A stretch of DNA of 64,000 bases from contig OX597821.1 of the NCBI GenBank assembly GCA_951406725.2, positions 63,860,001-63,924,000 of the forward strand, written 5' to 3'. This stretch comes from Octopus vulgaris. Lineage: Eukaryota. Shown here piece by piece: positions 1 through 12,936 of this stretch. Every line of letters begins with the position of its first letter. Within the stretch, counting starts at the first letter, position 1. Made by a program: the position numbers and the translations under genes. Below the pieces are notes generated by a model that saw only the letters and a program-made list of their open reading frames with translations, made no database searches and had not been told where the DNA came from.

Positions 1-1714
1 CAATTGTTCAAACGCATTTTGCTTTGCTATTGATTTCACCTTCTTTGCAACTACAATTGCCGCACTGCCATCAGGCTGTTCAAACTTGGTATTATGCATA
101 AAGTTTTTGGTCTACTTCATAACAGAATGAAGTTTCTTACGTCTTTTATGGTTTTCAACGTGTTTTAACATCCAGTCTTTAGATCTTTCAAGATATTTTC
201 CCAGTTCAATTTTGTTGGTTTTGTAGAATATTTAAAATTGTATCTGCCTTTGGGTGGTGCATCTTATTGTAAGTCAGCAACTTACGGATTTTCCTATGAA
301 TCTTCCTTATTTCGCTCATATTCCAGTTCAACATATTGAAACTGTAAATAACAAGAACTACTAAGAAATTTATAGCTAACACCTTGTTACGTGCATTTAA
401 CTCAGATTTTAGAACTATTCGAACTCTCCTGTAACATTCTTTCCTGATGTTGTTTCATGCTTGCATGTTGTATGCCAGAGTCCTCATTTATTCCGAGACA
501 TTTGTACGTTTGTTCCTGCTCATGTTCTTTTATGACTGTGTAAACATCCAACACCACTGGGTGTGAGGTCTTCAATTTCTCTTTCTGGCCTTGGAACATT
601 TATCAAGACCAAATTCCATCCCGAACTCATCACTGAATTCTTTCATAGTACGTAGTAGTCCTTCAAGATCATTATCGTTTTTGTCAAAGAGTTTTAAATT
701 ATCCATTCAGAATAGATGACTTATTTTCTTGTCAACAATTTTATATCCATACCCTGTTCTGTTAAGTTCAGTTGTAACGGGTATTAGGGCTATACAAACT
801 ATTAAAGGTGAATGTGAATCTCCTTGGAAAATGCCGCAGCCGACATTAATATTTTTTTGTGGTCTGTACTCCATTAGAGTGATATGATTGGAGATTCGTT
901 TTCCCTACTGGAATGTTTTGCGTCAGAAAGTTTGAAATCGCAGGAGAAATTTTGAAGATATCCGGCGATTTCAAGATCCATGAAAGCGGTATGCTGTCAA
1001 AGGCTCGTTTATAATCAATTCATGGAGAACTGAAATTTCTGCGTTTGTTATGACAGTTCCCAAGGATCATGCGATTGATTAAGAGTTGGTCTTTGCATCT
1101 GTATGAACCCTGTTAGCAGCTTTTTTTATTCAGTTGGGAAAATATCGTTCTGTTCCCTAATTTTGTATGTTTTCTCCACAAGGATAGAAGCTAGAACTTA
1201 ATACGTCGTAGATAGATATGTTATGGGCCGAAAGATTTGGGGGAATTTGGTTTCATTATTCTTCGGTATTACTCATTTACTTGTTTCAGTCATTTGACTG
1301 CGGCCATGTTGGATCACCGCTTTTAGTCGAGCAAATCGACCCCAGGACTTATTCTTTGTAAGCCCAGTACTTATTCTATCGGTTCTTTTGCCGAACCGCT
1401 AAGTTAAGGGGACATAAACACACCAGCATCGGTTGTAAAGCAATGCTACGGGGACAAACATAGGTACACAAATATACACATACACACACACATATATATA
1501 GATATATACGACGGGCTTCTTTCAGTTTCTGTCTACCAAATCCACTCATAAGACTTTGGTCGGCCCAAGGCTATAGTAGAAGACACTTGCCCAAGATTCC
1601 ACGCAGTGGGACTGAACACGGAACCATGCGGTTGGTAAGCAAGCTACTTACCACACAGCCACTCCTAGATAACTAATACCTTTTGCTAACCAGTCAGGTG
1701 TTTTCGTGGGACCT

Positions 1715-1717
<3 letters not shown>
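1..1717 (-). mobile_element. Decayed RLE-type non-LTR retrotransposon RT region (R4/Dong-like), split by a SINE at 1270-1665
   Basis: Manual minus-strand translation gives PDWLAKGISYL|IPKNNETK..RPIT, KDQLLINRMIL, DYKRAFDSIPLSWI, CGIFQGDSHSPLIVCIALIP, SHLF*MDNLKLF, GMEFGLDKC, YKCLGINE and RKIRKLLTYNKMHHPKAD, with stops and frameshifts. An (AAT)n tract abuts the 5' end. Confidence 0.88.
1270..1665 (-). mobile_element. tRNA-derived SINE, family A (internal (TA/TG)n)
   Basis: Head ggagtggctgtgtggtaag...gttcagtccc with A/B-box-like motifs and tail ...catggccgcagtcaaatgactgaaacaagt; colinear with the copy at 38821-39221. Confidence 0.9.
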
Positions 1718-1782
<65 letters not shown>

Positions 1783-1808
1783 CATCATCATTATTATTAT
1801 TATTATTA

Positions 1809-1843
<35 letters not shown>

Positions 1844-1902
1844 GTTATCATCATCATTATTATTATTATTATTATTATTAATATTATTATTATTATTATT
1901 AT
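1718..1902. repeat. (ATT)n microsatellite
   Basis: Direct reading. Confidence 0.98.
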
Positions 1903-4016
1903 CAGAGTGATTAGATGTATTTTTGTATAAATCCTTATGTCTTTAGAATTATACCAGGTGTTAATGAATGATATTTTTTCAAACTTGCGGGCATCTGTCA
2001 CATCTTATTAATCAATCAAAGTATTTCGGCACTTCTTGCTTTTGCAATTTTGTGAATATCGCCACTCAAATGAAAATATTCAAACACGCCCTTCAATAAG
2101 CGATTGATCTGAATATTACTGCCCGCAACCGAATGATATAAGCAAAACACAGATTAGAATGTACATGCCATTAAAGCAAATATAACAGCAAATTCACATA
2201 AAACAATGGTATGGTACCTAATATTTTAATAGATGCAGCAAAGATACCAGATGTTTCTCATTGAGGAATGAAGCCATTTATTTTGAAAAGCAAAGAACTA
2301 GTTGATGCTAATGATCCCTGTACTCGACTTGTACTTTATTTTATTGATCTCAGAAGGATGGAAGACATAGTGTTCCACTTCAGTGCATATTCTTTTACCA
2401 TTGTATCAGCCTCTTTGGCCGATCACTTAAGATGACGTAAACAAATTGACTCCGGTTGTCAAGCGCTTCGGGGGTAAACTGAAAGCAAAGCACGCATACA
2501 CACACGCACGCACATACACACACACACATGCATACACACGCATACACACACACACACTCACACACACACACACTCACACGCGTACGCACGCACAAATACA
2601 CACGCGCATACACACATATTTACGCTATTTCTATACATATTTCTACATGGCTGTTGCGATTCGTTTCGGAAGTGGAGAATTATGCGACACTGATGGGCGG
2701 AAATAACTACGAAATATCGGTATTTGTCTTTCACGTTCATTTCCATGAAAATTTCGTTTCACCTTTCTTTGACGAGTTTTTGTTTTTCTTTAGCAATATA
2801 CGCCTTTAAACGAATCTCCCTCGGGCGTAATATAAACAGCGACAGGCTTTCATACAAATTCCGTGCACTAAATTCACGCATTAAGCAATATCGATGCAGG
2901 GCCCGGCAGTGGGTTTCAATCCGAAACTGCTTGATCGCACATATATGGAACAGGTTTCATCACTGCGATGCATATAATGTTTTGCTGCATAACAATTTCT
3001 ACTCCCAGCAATGTTACTTTGTATCTTTTACTTCTATAAATCTATTCTATTTCCATTCTGTTTATTTTTATATTTATCTCCTCTCATTCCATTAATATTT
3101 TGTATTTTTGTTTTTTCTTCTTCATTTACATCAACACTTTACATATCTTTATTTCTTAGCTTCAATTTATTAAAACGTTTCTACCAAGTAGTTTATAGTT
3201 AGCTAACATATAGAGTTATTGATCTGTTTTTCTCTCCGGATATTGCTAAGAGGTCTGCTAGTGACAGAATGCTATTTCACTATAAGAGAGCTAATCTTTC
3301 ACAAAGTAGAAAACTTGAATAATTCTGAAATTTAAACATTTGGCATAACTCCGTTGATAGGACATAATTCTAAAAGATGTGTTGACCGTTCGTGTAAAAA
3401 CTGTGCTGAACAATTTACATCATTCCAGTTCAAAGTTTTTAAGCTGTTTGATTAATGTATTCTGTTAAAGAAGAGAATATGCAATATATACTGGAAAAAA
3501 AATTAAAAATTTAGAATTAATATTTCGAAGTTGCCTTTCGTAATTTTCATTTTATTTTTGATTACTTCTTTTCTTCTTCCGTCAATTATGCGTCAAGCAC
3601 GATGACTCAGGCACAGCATATCCAGTTAATTATAGTATTTATGTATTGTTGTTTCATGATTATGGGTTTCAAAATTAATTATATCCGGAATCACCGCTCC
3701 TCGTATGAGTAATATAGCAATTGAAAAATCCACATCCCCATCAGATGCACAAGCACAATCAGTATTATAAACATTCGTTCGAGATTCGCTGTCATATATT
3801 CCTGCTCGAAGAAGTTTCAGTCTTTCAAGTATTAGCTCATCACTTGACAAGTGCATTATTTTATCGTCCTGATAACGATAAATACACATGCGTCGACCTT
3901 GACTGGAATTTAAACCATAGAGTAAAAAACATGAACAGCATACCACATGATGCCTTCTAAAACACTCGAACGACTCTGCTAATTGTTCATGATTTTATAC
4001 ACTGCTTAATGACATG

Positions 4017-4218
4017 TACGATGAGGTGCTGAGACGTTTCTGGCTTTAAGGTTCTACTGAAAGGCTTAGTTCTTTTAGAGGGCATAGAAAAACCAAAACA
4101 ATTGCAATAAGTGTGCGAATCTGAAGGTGAATGTTTTAAATTAAATAAAATCATAATTAACTTATGGTCCTGCATTTTCTTTTATCCAAAGCCAACAACT
4201 TTTCAGAAACACCTCGTA
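4017..4218. mobile_element. mariner-type MITE (~200 bp)
   Basis: TA-cgatgaggtgctgagacgtttctggcttt ... aaagccaacaacttttcagaaacacctcg-TA: imperfect ~29-bp TIRs with TA TSD; related ends at 13230-13418. Confidence 0.75.
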
Positions 4219-5293
4219 ATGTTTCTGCTAATTAAAGAACCTTTTGTGGCTGTTCTTTAACTCCATATTAGCTTGATCGAGACGATTCGTGAACATCAAA
4301 GCTGATATAATCCATCCATCTAGTATGGCTTTATCCAATGTGACTTCCCTTTATTAAGACAGTAAGGCTTGATTTGAAAGCTATTTCATTGCTATTTCAA
4401 GCAAATCGACTGTTCACGTAGAGTTTCACTAGCCAAAGCATTTTTGCACCTATTAATAGTGTTGGAATTATACTGATCGGTATATTACCACAAGGCTGAA
4501 AGTAAAGATTTAACGTGGAGATTAAAGTATTTAGTGATATGTTGCTATTTTATTCAGTCTGTTCGCAAAAAGAAAAAAAAATGAAAAGAGAAAAATATAA
4601 CGTTTACAAGCAGTAGAAATCATAAAGCTAATACTATGAAAATATGATTTATAGTCACACAGAATGACTTTCAATTTGAATAAGAGCAAATATCTAATGC
4701 TTTTCCAGATATTTTAGTACTTAGATGGTTTTAAGGGACTTAAGATATAGTTTAAATGAAATGTCGAATGGTGAGAACAATGAAAGCAGGAGAAAGAGGA
4801 TTTACTTGCATTACTAGACTAAAACTTGAAATCTGGCACTTCAGCAATTTATTCTACTTAGCCGTTAATGGAACTTTACACATTTTGCTTTGGGTGTCAC
4901 TGAATTTTAAATCTATACTTATATCGACGTTATCAATAATAATATATTTAGTGCTATCATGCTTATATTGCACTGCTTCAGTTAGAGAACGTTCTCTGTA
5001 ATAATTGAATCGACGCACACATACGCACGCACGCGCACAGACACATGCACGCATATACACGCACATCACATATACATATATATACAAAAAGCTTTCTATT
5101 GGTAGAAATACTTTTTATGACTTAGCCTGAGGAGTGGCTAAGTCCATTGTTTGTCGTTGCAAGTCGTACCAGACTAATTAGTTCTATTCAATCAATCGAT
5201 GTTCCTTCCAATTGAACGTCTGCAATTTGAAGCTTCTGAGCAAAACGTGGACAGAAAGAGAGGGAAAAGGACAAGATAGAGGAGAAATAGGGA

Positions 5294-5328
<35 letters not shown>

Positions 5329-5864
5329 TCGTGTGTGTGTGTGTAAGAGAGAGAGAGAGAGAGAGAGAGAAAGCGTATGTGTGTGAGAGAGAGAGAGATT
5401 TTTAGTTCTGTAAAACAACAAATACAAAGGAAGAATTAGATGTGTATGGCGTTTCGGAAATGAGAATGAATGTGGGTGACAAAAGAGGAAAGGAGTTTAT
5501 TGAATGGATTTAAATGGGATAGAAATACAAACTGAATGTTCAGAAGGGCAGCAAGTATTTTCGGTGAGTGCAGAAAAGACAAAGGGAAGATATATTGCAC
5601 CGGTCTACTTTTAGTTTGTCTAGAAATGAAAGGGTTAACCTTTTAATCAGTCTATTACCATTTCACTTCTTCCAGGTATAAGTCAGTCAGTCATCATTAA
5701 GTTTAGTTATGTTAGGTTTAAAAAGCGCTTATGGCTGTTTGTGCTAAAACTGGATTATTTGAAATTGCGCCATTCAAATTATAATTATATAGGAAATTAA
5801 TATAACATAATATAAAATAAATTAAGTTTGATAAATAAGTGTCTGTAAGTCACTGATATGCTAA

Positions 5865-6127
5865 ATATGTGGAGGTGCGTGGCTTAGTGGTTAGAGTGTC
5901 GGCGTCATGATCGTAAGATTGTGGTTTCGATTCCTGGACCGGGCGACGCGTTGTGTTCTTGAGCATAAGACTTCATTTCACGTTGCTCTAGTCCACTCAG
6001 CTGGCAAAAATGAGTAACGTGGCGATGGACTGGCGTCCCATCTAGCTGGGGAACACATACGGTATGGAAACCGGGAAGCCGGGCCCATGAGCATGGGTAG
6101 GCTTTAAAAAGGGCGCATTTATTTTAC
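5865..6127 (+). mobile_element. tRNA-derived SINE, family C (head 1 + tail X)
   Basis: tggcttagtggttagag (A box), gtttcgattcc (B box), central ttcttgagc...ccactcagctg block; atgctaa repeated at 5858-5864 and 6128-6134 (possible TSD). Confidence 0.85.
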
Positions 6128-6679
6128 ATGCTAAGTCACGGTATTTCAAAATGTACGTTCCATAACATACATTAGGATTTCCTGAAGATTTTGATGTAGT
6201 AATTTGATATGTTGATATATTAATATATTGAAATATTAAGGTATTAATACTTAGGCACGATACAGAAATTATATTTATTGGCCGTATTTTAGAAATCTAA
6301 GTTTAACACATGATATCTCCCAAATATGGTGTATTTTTCAGGCGAGTGCGTTCGAGGGATATGCTCTCGAACGCACTCATTCGAAAAATATACGTGCACG
6401 TACACGGATGTTGCTACATCATATTAATGCAAGAATGTGTTTAATATGTTAAACGCTCAGCAATTACATGCTGTTTCTAATGCCGCCAAAATAGATGTAG
6501 CGATTTGGATTAAAGCCTATTTATTCCATCTTCTTGCATTATAATTTTATTGTATGACATCTGCGACATTAACGGATTTCTGCATATGTGTATCCAGTAG
6601 AAGGACAATTCCTGTTGTATGATAGAAAATGGTTGCTGATGCCCGTAGTGGAGCGTTGAATTGCATATATATATATATA

Positions 6680-6886
6680 TAGTTAATCCAAACAAGAAAG
6701 CACAAAAAAAACACAACAACGCGAGGACGTGGAACAAATATAGTATTATTGGACGCTCAGGAAAGAAGGAAAGAAGGAAGGTTTAACGTTTCGAGCGGAG
6801 CTCTTCGTGGGAAACATAGGAGGAGGAAAGATCCAGAGAAGGGAAGATAGAGGAAAAAATCGCCAACGGTACACACGAGGTCACAT
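6680..6886 (-). mobile_element. (TA)n-flanked PLE pseudo-LTR-like fragment with HHR-like core
   Basis: Minus strand reads cccacga-a-gagc tcc gctc-GAAA-cgtt...agcg-TC: stems II and III form, the core is mutated and stem I is weak. Similar to 25745-25925. Confidence 0.55.
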
Positions 6887-7109
6887 ATATGTATATATAT
6901 ATATCACGGGTGGGATATTTAACTACTGGTTCAGGAGCATTCAACGGTGTAGATGTGTCTCCTCTGGTGAGGAATAACTATAAATCGCCACGAAAAAATT
7001 CCAGATACGGCAACATCGTGATAGTAGCAATGATAGTGATATAGCTAACACGGTAACGACCTCGGAAAATGAAGTCAGAAATGACAATATATACAGCTAA
7101 ATATAATAA

Positions 7110-7538
7110 ATGTTCATTCAGAAAAAGTCAAGATGCCCATTGATGAACCTCTGTAGGAGTACAAGTCTTGTATATAAATGTACCGTTACCGTGCACAGAA
7201 GGGGAGGCCCCTATGTGTACATTGTGGCAACGGCTGATTCATTCAAGAATCGTTCTCGCAACAATAACACAAGCTTCATGAAAATTAATAAGAGATATTC
7301 AACAGTTTTGACCGATTGTGTGTGTCGACTTAAGGAAGATAAAATTATGTCTAACATAGCTTGGTCCACAATAAATCACGAAAAACCATATATTATCATT
7401 TCCAGGAGATGCCGACTTTGCTCCAAGGAATCGTTGTCTATTCTGTGGACCAATGAGATCATTAATAGAATTTCTGAAAGACTCTGTAGATGCTTACATG
7501 CATATAAATGCACTTTCGCACAGTGCAATGAGAAATAA
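7110..7538 (+). pseudogene. PLE GIY-YIG endonuclease domain remnant
   Basis: CPLxxxC...LVYKCTV...YVYIVAT..SFKNR...TSF...T.L....LK...I.W...PY...CRLC..E...N..SE...CLH matches the C-terminal PLE endonuclease layout; YIG is degenerate (YIV) and no RT is seen upstream. Confidence 0.8.
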
Positions 7539-8012
7539 TTTTAAGTAACCGTTAACCTAATTAATAATCATAATTCACCTTAAGGTATGGATTAATTAAA
7601 TGTAGCTCTAACCTCCCCATTCTTATAAACAACAAGTAGCTATTTGATTCGCTGTGGGAACATATGTGCGACAAACTAAACGTGTGCGTATGCCTACGTT
7701 TTCATGGATGTCTGTAGGAGCGAGTATGCATGGGCTATATAACCTACACGAGGGCGTTTATACATCCATATCCGTTAATAATTTTATTTAATATTTTTCG
7801 CTGTATTGCGTGTTCGTTTCTGTTTTGCACCTGTTAATTTTTTTATTATTGACCTTCTATATAAATTAAGCTATATCCTTTAATCTGTTGCTTTACTTTA
7901 CACAAACTGAGAAGATACCTTAAGGAACTGTTATTCTAATGAGTTATATCTATTTATCATCGGAAGAGACACATCTATACCGTCGGATGCTCCTGAACTA
8001 GTTGTTTAGTAT

Positions 8013-8061
8013 ACCACCCAAGACGGATCGATGCTAGATTGGTCGAAACAATTGTAGTGAT
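8013..8061 (+). ncRNA. Degenerate type I minimal hammerhead ribozyme
   Basis: cac-CCAAGA-cg-gatcgat(gctag)attggtc-GAAA-caattg-TA-gtg: palindromic stem-III loop, CUGANGA box damaged. Confidence 0.6.
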
Positions 8062-8188
8062 TAAGAAAAATTCTCGTAACTTCCATCTTACGTCTCTCAT
8101 TAACCAAATACATGACGAACTTTACTAGTAAGCTACCAAGTGTAAACCATTCTTTTTATTATCTAATAATATATACATATACATATAA

Positions 8189-8235
<47 letters not shown>

Positions 8236-8236
<1 letters not shown>

Positions 8237-9437
8237 CATCATAATTAAGATGTCTTAACTGATGCAGCCAGTTGTTGAGGTACCACTCTAGACGCTTTCA
8301 TAATCAGTCGGTGCCACTGCTGTCCGTTCTCCGTCATGCGTAGTAAGTTTGCTGTGTCATAACCTGTCTAGTTCTTCATGCCTTCTTGTTGTCAAACCAA
8401 AATCTCTTTTCTGTCTGCTTCTCTGTCACCCTACCTTAACTGTACTCTGAAGAATGGTTTTTGGGTAGGTAGTGTGGTGGGATATATGACGGTACCAAGT
8501 AGGCTTTCATCTTGCACAATGAGTGGTTCCTGTCTGCCAAGGTATTTGTTGATTGGCCGCCAGACAAAGCTGCTCGTTTTCAGCTCTGTGTACGGGATAT
8601 GCAACAACGTTCTGAAGCACTTGTGTTCAAATTCCTGCATTCTCCGCTCCATGTCGTCTGTATGAGTCCAGCTCTCATCCCTATACAAACAAAAAACAGA
8701 ACCATGAGGGTCTTGTACATTCTGAGTCTTGTTGAAAAGCTAATGGAATTGCTTCTCCATATGTTCCACCTAGACGTGGCAGCAGAAACTAAACTGAGTC
8801 TTGTAGTTATCTCCTTTCGAGACCTGCCGTCCTTAGTATTTGAAGGTGTCCAATTCATCCAGTCTCTCTCTCCGCTTAGCATAATATTGGTTGCTGCGTT
8901 TTGGTTGTTACCATAAACCAGGATATTGCAATTTTATGGGCTAATCTCTATTGCTTATGTTCCTGACACTGGTAGGGATCTCGTGTGGTTTTGCTTCACT
9001 GCTTCCTAACTGACCAATATCATTAAATTCCTAACCGGTCAATATCATTCACTAACAAATCACTGGTAGGAATGGGCCGCCACCAATGGAAACAGAGGGG
9101 TGAATGCCTTCAAATGTTTCCTGTCGGTTGTTCTCCAGAAAGATGTTGAAAAGCACTAGAAAGAGGAGACGTCCTTGTCGAACACACACTGTTGTTCTGA
9201 AGAATTCTCCGATGTTATTGTTCAGGAGAACTCCACTGGCTGAGGTTTCATACAGTGCTTGGACTACTTCAACGAGGTTGTTGTCGAAGATGTAATTCTT
9301 CCTCACTCATCGTGTTAAGGACGGTCAAAAGCCTTTTTGAATTCGATGAAGTAACTATACAGATCAGGCTCGAGCTGAATTTGTTTCTCATTGAGTTGTC
9401 TAATGTTAAATATCTGCTCCATCTGCTCCACAGCGGT
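8236..9437 (-). mobile_element. Decayed RTE-clade LINE, 3' portion
   Basis: ORF pieces LVEVVQALYETSASGVLLNNNIGEFFRTTVCVRQG..LFNIFLE, DGRSRKEITTRL..IWRSNSISFSTRLRMYKTL, and ESWT..MERRMQEFEHKCFRTLLHIPYTE. Confidence 0.9.
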
Positions 9438-9444
9438 ACTGTGA

Positions 9445-9730
9445 CGTACTGTGTGTGTATGTGTGTGTCTGTGTCTGCGTCTGTGTGTGTGTGTGTGTAT
9501 GTGTGTGCATGCGTGCGTGTGTGCGTATATCTACGTCTGTGTCTTCGTGTGTGTCTGTGTCTGTACCGGTGTCTGCGTCTGTGTACACATGTATATGTGT
9601 GCGTGTGTGTGTGCATATATGTATATATGTGCGTTTGTGTGTATGTGTGTGTATGTATGTATTTGTATTTGTATGTATGCGTGTGCATAATCATACGAAT
9701 GTGTTTCAAAGTGCTTATCTATCTGCATGC

Positions 9731-9765
<35 letters not shown>

Positions 9766-9775
9766 CGTGAGTGTG
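9445..9775. repeat. Degenerate (TG)n microsatellite
   Basis: Direct reading. Confidence 0.95.
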
Positions 9776-11065
9776 TTATTTTTTGAAGATATATATGTGT
9801 GGGGACACATGATTAAGTGTTTACGAATTTCATTCCTTAGCCTTACGCCTCGTTTATGATCGTCCCATCTGCGTTACATAATAGATTAACGTCTTTTAAA
9901 CTAGCCTTGTCTTTACCCAAGCCTTGCGAATGCAACTGATTAAACACAGTCTGCATAAATGCTTTAGGGGTTAATCGTACATGTATTTCAGTGATCCAAC
10001 TTTGTGGCATTTGTATGTGCTGATTCAGCCTGTGAATGACATTGAGAGTCCATGTATCTTAGAAACACTCAGCCACTTAGACGACGTTAACTTAACCTTA
10101 ACTTAACGTCAACTTAACGTGTAGGCAGTTCACTCGATCAAACAATCGAATGCTTGTTCGTTGTGGAAGGCGGTAGGGGATAAGTCATTGGTAAATGCGT
10201 GCTAGTGGACATATTTCTGTATCTATCTAAGTTCATAATAATTGATAATCTATGTGAACGGAGAACACTTATCGTGAAGGAACATGTTTGCCATATACGA
10301 TGATGACAGGAGAGACTAAAGTGCGATAATAAAGATAAAACTAGGGAAATAATATTTATGATTGATATGTTTAAAGTTATAGATTGCGCTGTTTACTTGC
10401 GTGTAGATGCACCGACCGTAGCAATCGATGATATCCCGCAGAGTTCTCGAGAGCATTGATTCTTCCATATATGTATAAGGAGGCGCAGGCGTAGTTGTGT
10501 GGGTAGCAAGCTCGTTTTGCAGTCCTGTGGTTTCGGGTTCATTCCTACAGCATCATCCTGAGCAAGCGTCTTCTAATATAACCTGTTGCTGATCAGTGTA
10601 TTGTGAAGGGATCTTGTAGCAGGACGCCAAACAAAGGCTAATCGAAATACAGGACTTTAAAAAAATAAGTACGTAGGTCGATGATTTTTTTGAGACGAAA
10701 AAAAAATCCAAGGCTGTGCCCCAGCATGGGCGTAGAGCAATAAAACAAATAAAAGGCAAATGACAAAATACAAAATATAGGTATGCGTGTGTACGTGTAT
10801 ACATACACACACTTATATACGCATATGTATATATTACAAATAACTTAATTAACTAGGGTAAATCAATTGACAATCTAAGAATTTATTACATTATGATATA
10901 ACATAATATTTTATAAATATAATATAGTATAAGATAACTGTTATAAATTTTCTTTGCTTAGTTTATCCATTTGAATTGTGTTTTTCTTTTGTTCTACTTA
11001 TGTATCTAGGCAGTTAGCGTTCACGCTCTTAAACAGATATTTTGAATCGGTATTAAGCAGCTTGT

Positions 11066-11347
11066 GGAGGCGCAATGGCCCAGTGGTTAGGGCAGCGGAC
11101 TCGTGGTCGGGGGATCGCGGTTTCGATTCCCAGACCGGGCGTTGTGTGTGTTTATTGAGCAAAAGCACCTAAAAGCTCCACGAGGCTCGGGGTGGTGGCG
11201 ACCCCTGTTGTACTCTTTCGCCCCAACTTTCTCTCCCTTTTTCTTCTTGATGCTGCAATGAACTGGCGTCCCATACGCCACAGAAACCGAGAAACCGGGC
11301 CCATGAGCCTGGCTGGGCTTAAAAAGAGCGCATAAATAAATAAAAAT
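11066..11347 (+). mobile_element. tRNA-derived SINE, family C2 (head 2 + tail X)
   Basis: ggaggcgcaatggcccagtggttaggg...gtttcgattccc; tail gaaaccgggcccatgagcctggc...(TAAA)n; related copies at 47783-48068 and 53248-53430. Confidence 0.9.
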
Positions 11348-11391
11348 TTAACAGTCCTTTTACATGGAATTTCGTTTTTCTTTTGAACCAA

Positions 11392-11473
11392 GGCCCTGAA
11401 GAGATATGTATACATAGATATGAATTGTTTATAAATCAAAAAAGTGTATATAAGTCGAAACAAATTGCTGGCT
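11392..11473 (+). ncRNA. Type I hammerhead ribozyme, near-intact (long stem II)
   Basis: ggcc-CTGAAGA-gatatgtatacat...gtgtatataagtc-GAAA-caaattg-CT-ggct; 13-bp stem II with one mismatch; U16.1 replaced by C. Confidence 0.75.
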
Positions 11474-11714
11474 ATATTTGAGTTTATGTTTTTTAAGAAA
11501 TTGGTTATATTATATTATATTTATAGTGTATTATGTTATATTATAAGGTAATAAACTGTTAGATTGTCAATTGTATTTCTCTTTTTAATTTATTATTTGT
11601 AATTTGTGTTTATACCCCTGTTTCTGTGGTATTCAACTGCCATACAAGTGAATTGGAAGTTCTACACCTCCTTTGAAGGGATCGTTTTTACCTTTGTTTT
11701 TCTTTACATTATAT

Positions 11715-11877
11715 AGGCTCAGGCGTAGTCGTGTGGCAAGAGGCTTGCTTCCCAACCAAATGGTTCCGTTTCTGCCTCAGTGCGTGGCACCTTGGGCATG
11801 TGTCTTCTGCTATAACCTCGGGCCGATCAAAGCCTTGTGAGTGGATTAGGTAGACGGAAACTGAAAGAAGCGTGTCG

Positions 11878-11880
<3 letters not shown>
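11715..11880 (+). mobile_element. SINE family A, 5' half
   Basis: Matches the head of 38821-39221 and runs into a (TA)(TG)(TATG) microsatellite at 11878-12002. Confidence 0.85.
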
Positions 11881-11964
<84 letters not shown>

Positions 11965-12399
11965 ATGTATGTATGTATGTATGTATGTATGTATGTATAT
12001 GTGACTTGTTAGCGCTGTTGGACTAAATGGACGCTGATCTGGGGCTATTTCAGTCTTAATAGTCATTTTTGCCAGCGAAGTGGATTGCAGCAACGTAAAC
12101 CTTTTTGCCGGAGGACACACGGGAATCGAATCTACTAGCTTATGATCGAGAGCCTAGTTGCCTAAAGACTAAACCACTGGCTTCTTCGGAGAATCCCTAA
12201 AATGTTTTACAAATTTTCAATGTTCCGGAACTGAAATTAAATAAAGAGTACCTTTGGATTTGGAACACGCAAATCGGTCCCAAATTATTCTTTCTTCGAA
12301 AGAACAAACATTTTAAAACTTTAGTCCATGTCTGTCGTATAGCCTAATAAGTGATACTAATAGATACGAGTATATACAATATGGATATAAGAGTTTTAA

Positions 12400-12599
12400 T
12401 ACAGTTCCATATTTAAGAGATGAGGAATTATGTACATTATTTACATTATTTAGTTTTGACGAATATTTGTCCTCATCTTGTTTGTTGTCAATACAACGTT
12501 TCAGCTGATATACCCTCCAGCTTTCATCGGGTGTCATGGGGAAATTTCGAACCTGAGTGCTCATTCCTAAGGTATTTTTCGATGTTATTTTTTTTATTA

Positions 12600-12671
<72 letters not shown>

Positions 12672-12859
12672 CTATTATTATTCAGGTCACTGCCTGGAAT
12701 CGAACTCGGAATCTTGGGGTTAGTAGCCCGCGCTCTTAACCACTATGCCATATGCCCGTGCACTAGTGGTTAAGAGCGCGGGCATATACTGACCCTAAGA
12801 TTCGCTTCCAGGCAGTGATCTGGATAATAATAATAATAATAATAATAATGATAGTAATA

Positions 12860-12936
<77 letters not shown>

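Larger units (their letters stand above)
6905..8170 (+). mobile_element. 5'-truncated Penelope-like element (GIY-YIG domain + 3' pseudo-LTR region)
   Basis: Contains ORF 7110-7538 and downstream HHR relics; bounded by (TA)n tracts on both sides. Confidence 0.8.
10833..11713 (+). mobile_element. PLE-type inverted pseudo-LTR unit, interrupted by a SINE
   Basis: 10833-10932 is an imperfect reverse complement of 11505-11604; the plus arm continues ~110 bp further and is preceded by an HHR at 11392-11473. Confidence 0.7.

Noticed and set aside
3626-3946. 106-aa non-repetitive minus ORF as a host exon
   Set aside because: No recognisable domain or partner exons; cannot be supported without a homology search.
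12682-12823. Functional tRNA genes
   Set aside because: Acceptor stems do not pair well and the heads are attached to repeat bodies; they are SINE-type heads, as at 5871, 11066 and 38821.
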